Shown one piece after another: positions 26,047-32,000 of a stretch of 32,000 nt of DNA. This stretch comes from an uncultured Opitutales bacterium (GTDB taxonomy: Bacteria; Verrucomicrobiota; Verrucomicrobiia; Opitutales; Intestinicryptomonadaceae). The stretch spans positions 1-32,000 of the forward strand of contig CAKUIA010000002.1 of NCBI GenBank assembly GCA_934660865.1, in the 5' to 3' direction. The notes below the pieces were generated by a model. The model saw only the letters and a list, made by a program, of their open reading frames with translations, was not told the DNA's origin and ran no database searches. Within the stretch, counting starts at the first letter, position 1. Each line of letters begins with the position of its first letter. The translations under genes were made by a program, and so were the position numbers.

Positions 26047-27219
26047 TTATCTATACGAGTTTTTGTAGATTGCAACGCAGTCGGCGTTCGAAAGCGCAAC
26101 TTGGTCGGCCTCGAACAAAAAGCCCATGCAGGCTTTCGCGTTTTCGGCAAACTTTTCGAATTCGCTTTCGGCTATGCCGTAGTCCGACATTTTAAGGCTG
26201 TCTACGCCGCAGTCTGTTTTAAGTTTCTTTAAAGCTTCGATAAAGTCTTGAGGCGTTTTTGCGTTTTCAAAGCCCATTGCCTTTGCCATTTTAACAAAGC
26301 GCTCGGGGCATGCGCCCTTTTCTATCCACGCGGTAAAATATGCCTGGCATATCATAATAAGCCCGGCCCCGTGCGGCAGATTTTGGTGGTATGCGCTAAG
26401 GGCGTGCTCCAGCGAATGTTCGCTTGTGCAAGAACCCGTTGTCATTACCATTCCCGAAAGCGAGTTGCCGAACGACACATGCTCGCGCGCCTCCAAGTCT
26501 TTGCCGTTGTTTACGGCTCTAGGCAAATATTTTGCAATGTTTTCTATTGCCGTTATTGCATACATATCGCAAATCGGGTTTGCGCCTTTCGAAACATAGC
26601 CTTCTACGCTGTGCAAAAGTGCGTCGAAGCCCTGATAGGCAGTAAAGCGCGGCGGCACGCTTAAAGTTAATGTAGGGTCTACAATAGACAATACGGGAAA
26701 CAAAGATTCGTCGAAAACCGCCGTTTTTTCGTTCGTTTCGGGGTTGGTTATAACGCCGCCTGCATCCAGCTCGGAACCCGTGCCCGCCGTGGTCGATATT
26801 GCAACCAATGGCAGCGCCTTGTTTGCAAAGGGCTTTTTGCCGCCCTTACCGAACAGGATATAGTCCCACAAATCGCCGTCGTTTACAGCCATTGCGGCAA
26901 TGGCCTTGGAGGCGTCCATAACCGAGCCGCCGCCTAGGGCTATAACAAAGTCGCACTTGTTTTGGCGCGCAAAGTTTGCGCCCTGCATAACGGTGTCTTT
27001 TAGCGGGTTTGCCTCTATCTTGTCGAACAGGACATATTCAACTTTTGCCCTGTCTAGCTGGGCAAAAAGCCTGTCTAAATAGCCGTTTGCCCTTGTAGAC
27101 TTGCCCGAAGAAATAACAACCAGGGCCTTTTTGCCGAAGAGTTTTTCCTCGCCCAATTTGTCGAACGAACCGCTGCCAAAAATAAATTTGGCGGGAATAT
27201 GGTTTACAAAACCTTTCAT
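26047..27219 (-). CDS. Iron-containing alcohol dehydrogenase (BdhA/YqhD-like, 390 aa)
   Basis: Fe-ADH motifs are present: ALGGGSVMDASKAIA, the metal-binding His cluster HSLEHALSAYHQNLPHGAG, and the N-terminal FIFGSGSFDKLGE. Confidence 0.93.
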   Translation of the reverse strand: MKGFVNHIPAKFIFGSGSFDKLGEEKLFGKKALVVISSGKSTRANGYLDRLFAQLDRAKVEYVLFDKIEANPLKDTVMQGANFARQNKCDFVIALGGGSVMDASKAIAAMAVNDGDLWDYILFGKGGKKPFANKALPLVAISTTAGTGSELDAGGVITNPETNEKTAVFDESLFPVLSIVDPTLTLSVPPRFTAYQGFDALLHSVEGYVSKGANPICDMYAITAIENIAKYLPRAVNNGKDLEAREHVSFGNSLSGMVMTTGSCTSEHSLEHALSAYHQNLPHGAGLIMICQAYFTAWIEKGACPERFVKMAKAMGFENAKTPQDFIEALKKLKTDCGVDSLKMSDYGIAESEFEKFAENAKACMGFLFEADQVALSNADCVAIYKNSYR

Positions 27220-27833
27220 TTTAATCCTTTCGTTTTACTGTTAAAAATAAAAATCAGGCCGCGCGTAATTGCGGCCGTTAAAAATACTATCGCCGCATTT
27301 TCGGCAAAAAAAAGCGCTGCGGGCAATTCGCCGCTCCAGTAGTCGAAAGAGTATCCGCAAAAAAGCTTTTGCAAAAACGCCCTGTCGAACACCGCATATG
27401 CGCCGAAAGCCGCAAACGCCGCCATTGCGCATTTGGCAAACGCCTTTGCTTTGCCGAAAATAAAGTTGAAATGCAGCCCCAAATGAATCCCAACAAACAG
27501 CATTAGGTAGTACGCCGCAAGCGAGTGCCACTGCCTTGCCTGCATATTGGAAATTCCAAAGCCGAATATGTATTGCGAAATTATTACGCCGGCAACTAAA
27601 ACTGCCGCGCACAAAATAAGAAGCCCCGCGTTTACGGCTGTGTTAAAACTGCGCATTGCAAAATATCTGCCCGCAAGCAAATTTTTATACCACCGCCAAT
27701 TTAAAATATTGTGCAACCCAAACAATGCAAGGGCTGCCGTTCCCAAAATTTCGTGCCAAAAAACGTCGGTTATGCGCATTCCCAAGGCGGCAACAAACGC
27801 CGCAAACATAAGAGTGTCCAGCCAAATGCGCAT
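27216..27833 (-). CDS. His-rich integral membrane protein, DUF4405-like (205 aa)
   Basis: The protein has 4-5 hydrophobic helices carrying FWHEILG, GLHNILNWRWY, QWHSLAAY and GIHLGLHF. Its stop overlaps the ADH start (ATGA at 27216-27219). I preferred ATG 27833 (AAAGG about 10 nt upstream); an alternative ATG lies at 27851. Confidence 0.72.
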   Translation of the reverse strand: MRIWLDTLMFAAFVAALGMRITDVFWHEILGTAALALFGLHNILNWRWYKNLLAGRYFAMRSFNTAVNAGLLILCAAVLVAGVIISQYIFGFGISNMQARQWHSLAAYYLMLFVGIHLGLHFNFIFGKAKAFAKCAMAAFAAFGAYAVFDRAFLQKLFCGYSFDYWSGELPAALFFAENAAIVFLTAAITRGLIFIFNSKTKGLK

Positions 27834-27873
27834 ATTTTTAAGACCTTTCATTTCAGGGAAAATTTCGGGCAAA

Positions 27874-27902
27874 ATGTTAGCATATGAAATTATTTGTGTA
27901 AA
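27874..27902 (-). promoter_or_regulatory. Sigma70-like promoter TTTACA-N17-TAACAT for the DUF4405 operon
   Basis: The minus strand reads gtaTTTACAcaaataatttcatatgcTAACATtttgcc. This is a by-eye match only. Confidence 0.4.
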
Positions 27903-27910
27903 TACACACA

Positions 27911-27986
27911 AGAACCGAATTTATGCCTAATCCTGCCAAAATGTTGATTTCAGAAGCTTGGCACAATTAGGCAAGTTTTAGGTTCT
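27911..27986. repeat. 76-bp nested imperfect inverted repeat in the divergent intergenic region
   Basis: The arms 27911-27939 and 27958-27986 match at 22 of 29 positions, in blocks AGAACC/GGTTCT, TGCCTAAT/ATTAGGCA and TGCCAA/TTGGCA, around an 18-nt centre. The 8-mer AATACACA is present on both flanks (27901-27908, 27987-27994). Confidence 0.8.
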
Positions 27987-27994
27987 AATACACA

Positions 27995-28023
27995 TTTACA
28001 GGGCAAAATTTTTACGATAATAT
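27995..28023 (+). promoter_or_regulatory. Sigma70-like promoter TTTACA-N17-TAATAT for the CMD-cupin gene
   Basis: The -35 is at 27995-28000 and the -10 at 28018-28023. Only 7 nt separate the -10 from ATG 28031, which implies a leaderless or near-leaderless mRNA. Confidence 0.45.
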
Positions 28024-28030
28024 TTCGGGT

Positions 28031-29068
28031 ATGAAAAACACACTTAAACGACTGTTTTTTTACGGCACCTTAATGTGCGCAATTTTAACAACAAACAATA
28101 CAATGGCTAACAACAAATTAAGCGACAAAGAAAAGAAAATAGTAGTTGCCTCGGCGCTGGCGGCAAGGGGCAATTTAAACGAGCTAAAAACCGCAGTAAA
28201 CGACGGGCTAAACTCGTCGGTAAGTTTGGACGAATATAGGGAAATTTTTGTGCAAGTTTATGCCTATTGCGGTTTTCCCAAAAGCCTAAACGCGCTTGGC
28301 GTGCTTTTTAACGCGACAAAAGAGCGCGGCTTAAATTTAAAGGCCGCCCACTACGAGCGCCTAAAAGACAGCCTTAAAACGGGAGCCGAAAACCAGACAA
28401 AACTTGTAGGCCGCGAAGTTAAAGGCGAGCTTTTCGAATTTGCCCCGGCAATAGACGAATATTTAAAGGCGCACCTTTTCGGCGATATCTTTGCGCGCAA
28501 CAACCTAGACTGGCGCACGCGCGAAATTGCAACCGTTGCAATGCTGGCTGGGTTGGAAAACGTTATACCCCAGCTAAACGCCCATATTGGCATTGCAAAA
28601 AACAACGGTGTAAGCGACGCCGAAATTGGCGAAATATTGGGCATTGTGCAAAATCAAGTAATTGCAAAAACAGGCATATTCCCGTTCGGCGAGGAAAATG
28701 TGGCGTACGCCAAATATTTTTCGGGCAAGTCGTATTTGGCAAGGCTTTTAAGCAATAAAGACTTAAACGTATCCGTTGCAAACGTAAGTTTCGAGCCTTC
28801 GTGCCGCAACAACTGGCACAGCCACACGGGCGGGCAAATTCTGATTGCCGTTTCGGGCACAGGCTTTTACCAGGAAAAGGGGAAAGCCGCCCGCAAGCTT
28901 AATGTAGGCGACATTGTAGAAATTGCCCCCAATGTTGTGCACTGGCACGGAGCCGCCCCGAATTCGAACTTTGCGCATTTGGCAATAGAGTGCAACGCCT
29001 CTACAAACAAAAATTCGTGGTACGAGCCCGTCGGCGACGAAGAATACAAAAAGGCAACCGAAGAATAA
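28031..29068 (+). CDS. Exported carboxymuconolactone-decarboxylase (AhpD-like, two repeats) / cupin fusion protein (345 aa)
   Basis: Signal-like N-terminus LFFYGTLMCAILTTNNTMA|N. There are two CMD-type segments (LDEYREIFVQVYAYCGFPKSLNAL; LDWRTREIATVAMLAGLENVIPQLNAHIGIAKNNGVS). The C-terminal cupin has metal-binding His residues (NNWHSHTGGQILIAVSG...VVHWHGA). Confidence 0.85.
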   Translation: MKNTLKRLFFYGTLMCAILTTNNTMANNKLSDKEKKIVVASALAARGNLNELKTAVNDGLNSSVSLDEYREIFVQVYAYCGFPKSLNALGVLFNATKERGLNLKAAHYERLKDSLKTGAENQTKLVGREVKGELFEFAPAIDEYLKAHLFGDIFARNNLDWRTREIATVAMLAGLENVIPQLNAHIGIAKNNGVSDAEIGEILGIVQNQVIAKTGIFPFGEENVAYAKYFSGKSYLARLLSNKDLNVSVANVSFEPSCRNNWHSHTGGQILIAVSGTGFYQEKGKAARKLNVGDIVEIAPNVVHWHGAAPNSNFAHLAIECNASTNKNSWYEPVGDEEYKKATEE

Positions 29069-29109
29069 AATCAAAATACCTTAAAATACGCTTACTTAAC
29101 CGAAAACAA

Positions 29110-29146
29110 AAGCCGCAGGGGATAATTCCCTTGCGGCTTTGCTTTG
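29110..29146 (+). terminator. Rho-independent terminator after the CMD-cupin gene
   Basis: The sequence is AGCCGCAGGGG-ataatt-CCCTTGCGGCT-ttgctttg. This is an 11-bp stem with one G:U pair and a moderately T-rich tail. Confidence 0.68.
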
Positions 29147-29302
29147 CGTAAATTGCCCGCCCTATCTTGTCTTTCGCAAAAAGCCTTATATCGACACGCG
29201 CTATGCGGTTTTTGCGCTTAAATTTGCGGATTGAAAAAACGGGCACTGTAGCCGCGCGCAAAAATTTACGATAAAAAATATATTGACAAAAACGCGGTTC
29301 AT

Positions 29303-29328
29303 TCATTTGTTTAAATCATTTGTTTAAA
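29303..29328 (+). repeat. Exact tandem duplication of a 13-bp unit (TCATTTGTTTAAA x2) abutting the tetR start
   Basis: Positions 29303-29315 are identical to 29316-29328. They are followed by TCAT and then ATG 29333. A TTGACA hexamer lies at 29283-29288. Confidence 0.9.
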
Positions 29329-29332
29329 TCAT

Positions 29333-30001
29333 ATGACCAACACAAACATAATTTCTAAAATTGTAGAAGGCGACTTAAGCGACCCGAAGTCGAGAATTGC
29401 AAAGGCTGCCATCGAGGAATTTGCAATGCGCTCGCTAGACGGAGCCAGAACCAGGAAGATTGCCGAAAAAAGCGGCGTAAACCTGGCCTCGATTAGCTAC
29501 TATTTCGGCGGCAAGCGCAACCTGTACAAAACCGTTATAGAGCAGCTTTCGTCTTTTTTCGACGAAGCGGTTAGCCCCTACTACGCCGAGGGCAAAGAAA
29601 TTTTAAGGAAACGCGACAGCAAAGGCGCAATGCTTTTTGTGCAAAAATTTTTGATAGACTGCATACGCAAGTTCTCGAAAGTTGAAATTGTCGCCCCGCT
29701 TTGCCAAATATTGACAAGAGAGCAGGACAACCCCTCGGAGTATTTTAAATGCGCGTATGCCGCAATCTACGAAAAGCCCGTGGAGTTTTTGTCGGAGCTG
29801 CTTGCAAGGGCGTCTAAAGAAAAGTTGGCGCAGGATATGCGCATTGTTTTTGCGCACACTTTGTGGGCAACGGTGCGAACCTACGCCGCCGAAAGCCCCG
29901 CAGTAATGCGGCTTCATTCGTGGGGCAAGTTCGGCGAGGCCGAATTGTCGCTTATAGAAAAATCCTTAAACAAAGTACTCGAAAAAACATTAAACAGATA
30001 A
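29333..30001 (+). CDS. TetR/AcrR-family transcriptional regulator
   Basis: The N-terminal HTH is IAKAAIEEFAMRSLDGARTRKIAEKSGVNLASISYYFGGKRNLY. 222 aa, located directly upstream of efflux genes. Confidence 0.9.
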   Translation: MTNTNIISKIVEGDLSDPKSRIAKAAIEEFAMRSLDGARTRKIAEKSGVNLASISYYFGGKRNLYKTVIEQLSSFFDEAVSPYYAEGKEILRKRDSKGAMLFVQKFLIDCIRKFSKVEIVAPLCQILTREQDNPSEYFKCAYAAIYEKPVEFLSELLARASKEKLAQDMRIVFAHTLWATVRTYAAESPAVMRLHSWGKFGEAELSLIEKSLNKVLEKTLNR

Positions 30002-30006
30002 CCGTT

Positions 30007-31128
30007 ATGAAACACTTTAAATTATATACAATTACGCTTTTTGCGCTAACGCTCGGGCTTTGCGGCTGCAAAAAAGAAAACCAACAAAAAACCGCCGCCC
30101 TGCCCAACACAGTGGTTGCGGCCTACCCCATTGTAAAAGACGTTGAAATTAAAAACGACTACGCCGCGCGCGCAGTCGCCTACGAAGAGGCCGAAATTAG
30201 GGCGCGCGTTGGAGGGTATCTGGAAAAGGTGTTCTTCGGCAAGGGAGCCACTGTAGAAAAAGGCGCGCCGCTTTTTAAGATAGACGACAGACCCTATATG
30301 GCTGCACTGCAGGCTGCAAAGGCAAATGTGCAGGCGGCGCAATCGCATGTGGCTTTGGCAAACGACAACGCCGAAAGGGCGCGCGGGCTTTTTAAGCGCA
30401 ATGCAATTTCCAAAGAGCTTTACCAAACAAGGGAAACCGAGCTGCTTATAGCAAAGGCAAAGCTTGCCGAGGCCAAGGCAGCCCTTACAAACGCGCAGTT
30501 AAACTTGCAATACACAACGGTTTGCGCGCCAGTTTCGGGCAAGGTTGGCGAAAACCTTGCCGACACAGGCAACCTGGTATCGGCGCATGTTACAAAACTT
30601 GCAAGAATTGTAAACGATTCCAAAATTAAGGTATACTACGAGCTTAATTCGGCCGACGCCTTCCGCTACAAAACAAGCGGGCTATTAAAAGACATAGACA
30701 ATAAAAAGGGGGTCAAGGTTTTGTTTGCGCCGAAAAATTCGGGGGGAGCTGTCTGCGGCGCGCTTTGCTACTACGACAACGCGATGGATTCTACTACGGC
30801 ATCTCTTGTAATGCGAGCCGACATAGACAATAAAGACAACAGGCTTTTTGCGGGCTCGTACGGAACGATAACGGTTTTTGAGGGCGTAAAAAACAACGCC
30901 CTTTTAGTGCCCAGCAACGCCGTTGGAACCGATATGACGGGCAAATACCTTGTTGTTGTAAAAGACGGCAAAGCCGCAAACATTCCCGTAAAAACGGGGG
31001 CTGTTGTCGGCAAATTCACCGTTATAGAAAGCGGCATTCAAAAAGACAGCCTTGTTGTTGTAAAGGGTCTGCAAAGGGCAGCCCAAAACCCGCAGGTAAA
31101 CGTGCAAATAGAAAAGCTGGAATTTTAA
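30007..31128 (+). CDS. RND efflux periplasmic adaptor (membrane fusion protein) lipoprotein (373 aa)
   Basis: ATG 30007 gives the lipoprotein signal MKHFKLYTITLFALTLGLCGC. Adaptor motifs are present: EIRARVGGYLEKVFF..G..V.KG..LFKID, a coiled-coil hairpin, and YTTVCAPVSGKVG. The track's upstream 48 aa overlap tetR. Confidence 0.9.
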   Translation: MKHFKLYTITLFALTLGLCGCKKENQQKTAALPNTVVAAYPIVKDVEIKNDYAARAVAYEEAEIRARVGGYLEKVFFGKGATVEKGAPLFKIDDRPYMAALQAAKANVQAAQSHVALANDNAERARGLFKRNAISKELYQTRETELLIAKAKLAEAKAALTNAQLNLQYTTVCAPVSGKVGENLADTGNLVSAHVTKLARIVNDSKIKVYYELNSADAFRYKTSGLLKDIDNKKGVKVLFAPKNSGGAVCGALCYYDNAMDSTTASLVMRADIDNKDNRLFAGSYGTITVFEGVKNNALLVPSNAVGTDMTGKYLVVVKDGKAANIPVKTGAVVGKFTVIESGIQKDSLVVVKGLQRAAQNPQVNVQIEKLEF

Positions 31129-31156
31129 CTAGCATAAAAATCTTTAGGCGAAAAAT

Positions 31157-32000
31157 ATGAAAAAGTTTTGCGATTTCTTTATAGACAGGCCGATTTTTGC
31201 CACGGTTGTGTCGATTGTAATTGTGCTTTTGGGCGCTATAGGCTTTTCGGGGCTGCCGATTTCGCAGTATCCCGACATTGTGCCGCCTACAATAGCAATA
31301 GACGCAATGTACCCGGGGGCTTCGCCCGAAACGCTGATGAAAACCGTTGCAACCCCAATAGAGCAGGAGCTAAACGGCATAGAAAATATGATGTATGTTA
31401 CAAGCCGCTGCAATTCCGACGGCACTGTAAGCATAGAAATTGCATTCGAGCTTGGCACCGACATAAATCAGGCGCAGGTTTTAACGCAGAACAGGGTTGA
31501 AGTTGCAAAACCTGTTTTGCCCGAAGAAGTGCGCAACATCGGCGTGCGCGTTTCCAAACGCTCGCCCAGCCTGCTTTTGGGCATAGGGCTATATTCGCCC
31601 GACAAATCGCGCGATACCGCCTATATTACCAACTACTATCTAACCCAAATGCGCGACAGGCTTTTAAGGGTAGACGGCGTTGGCTCTATAATGGAATACG
31701 GCGCCAGGGAATTTAGCATGCGCATTTGGCTGGACCCCAACAGATTGGCAGACCTAAAAATTTCGCCCTTGCAGGTATATGCCGCAATAAAAAAGCAGAA
31801 TAAAAACGTAGCCTCGGGCAAGCTAAACCAGTCGCCCACCGGCAACCCCGACGCCTCGCACGAAATTTTGATAGAGACAAAAGGCGGCCTTACCGAAGCG
31901 GGCGAATTTGCCGACATAATCGTTGCAAAAACCCCAGCGGGCAAACTTGTGCGCCTGCGCGACGTTTCAAGAATAGAGCTTGGCGCATATTCCTATACCG
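31157..32000 (+). CDS. RND efflux permease (AcrB/HAE1-type), 5' partial that runs off the window
   Basis: This gene is not in the ORF track because no stop falls in the window. My manual translation from ATG 31157 gives MKKFCDFFIDRPIFATVVSIVIVLLGAIGFSGLPISQYPDIVPPTIAIDAMYPGASPETLMKTVATPIEQELNG, the canonical AcrB N-terminus. Confidence 0.92.
   Translation, partial: MKKFCDFFIDRPIFATVVSIVIVLLGAIGFSGLPISQYPDIVPPTIAIDAMYPGASPETLMKTVATPIEQELNGIENMMYVTSRCNSDGTVSIEIAFELGTDINQAQVLTQNRVEVAKPVLPEEVRNIGVRVSKRSPSLLLGIGLYSPDKSRDTAYITNYYLTQMRDRLLRVDGVGSIMEYGAREFSMRIWLDPNRLADLKISPLQVYAAIKKQNKNVASGKLNQSPTGNPDASHEILIETKGGLTEAGEFADIIVAKTPAGKLVRLRDVSRIELGAYSYT

Noticed and set aside
27958-27973. A sigma54-like element TTGGCAC-aatta-GGCA inside the right arm of the inverted repeat, correctly oriented toward the CMD-cupin gene.
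   Set aside because: The GG-to-GC spacing is one nucleotide short of the strict -24/-12 geometry. The -12 region reads AGGCA rather than TTGCA/T. No enhancer-binding protein gene is nearby.
27901-27994. An interpretation of the 76-bp inverted repeat with flanking AATACACA copies as a MITE with a target-site duplication.
   Set aside because: The left 8-mer is offset by 2 nt from the repeat end, so the flanks are not a clean TSD. No second copy of the element occurs in the 32 kb, and no transposase is present. I kept it as a repeat or regulatory element, and a genome-wide copy count would settle the question.
29203-29274. A 23-codon ORF (MRFLRLNLRIEKTGTVAARKNLR) and the 101-aa minus ORF 29001-29306, both in the tetR upstream region.
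   Set aside because: Neither has a ribosome-binding site or recognisable features. The minus ORF overlaps the cupin 3' end and the terminator. I treated the region as non-coding regulatory DNA.
1-32000. A search for CRISPR arrays, transposases or IS ends, integrases, phage genes, toxin-antitoxin pairs, restriction-modification or other defence modules, rRNA, riboswitches and T-box leaders.
   Set aside because: I saw no regularly spaced direct repeats and no such protein motifs in any listed ORF. The gaps upstream of aspS, gltX and purF (74, 12 and 29 nt) are too short for T-box or riboswitch leaders. This was a by-eye scan only, so short or degenerate elements could have been missed.

Overview
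This is a 32-kb chromosomal segment of a moderate-GC bacterium. It is tightly packed, with 28 protein-coding genes (the last runs off the right edge) and 2 tRNAs. I saw no transposase, integrase, phage gene, CRISPR array or recognisable defence gene. The taxon cannot be fixed from sequence alone. A PEP-CTERM sorting signal, PPi-type phosphofructokinase, polyphosphate glucokinase, hybrid-cluster protein, long-form PurF and a Tat-exported FAD oxidoreductase together suggest an anaerobic Gram-negative of a PVC/FCB-like lineage, but that is a guess. Layout: 263-8339 holds housekeeping and central metabolism (coaC-like, rsmE, aspS, pfp, ppgK, hcp, PglC-like transferase). 8394-8562 holds tRNA-Arg(ACG) and tRNA-Lys(UUU). 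9124-16700 is a seven-gene minus-strand array mixing purF, gltX and a Nudix gene with secreted unknowns, an EamA transporter and a chagasin-type inhibitor lipoprotein. 16785-22461 holds a TPR protein, dnaG and rpoD. 22512-32000 is an accessory-looking envelope/redox block: small secreted protein, Tat-FAD oxidoreductase, PEP-CTERM protein, a DUF4405/Fe-ADH/flavodoxin operon, an exported CMD-cupin fusion, and TetR plus RND efflux genes. Five things most deserve a second look. (1) The translationally coupled operon of a His-rich DUF4405-like membrane protein, an Fe-ADH and a signal-peptide flavodoxin, with the exported CMD-cupin gene next to it; this could be an undescribed trans-membrane redox module. 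(2) The 76-bp nested inverted repeat that fills the space between the two divergent promoters of that locus. (3) RpoD carries a 136-residue Lys/Ala/Pro histone-H1/AlgP-like N-terminal tail. (4) DnaG has three of its four zinc-ribbon ligands substituted. (5) A secreted protein coupled to purF looks like an MA-clan metallopeptidase that has lost its HExxH motif. All functional calls rest on motif recognition in the supplied translations and on reading the DNA by eye. No database search or folding computation was run.
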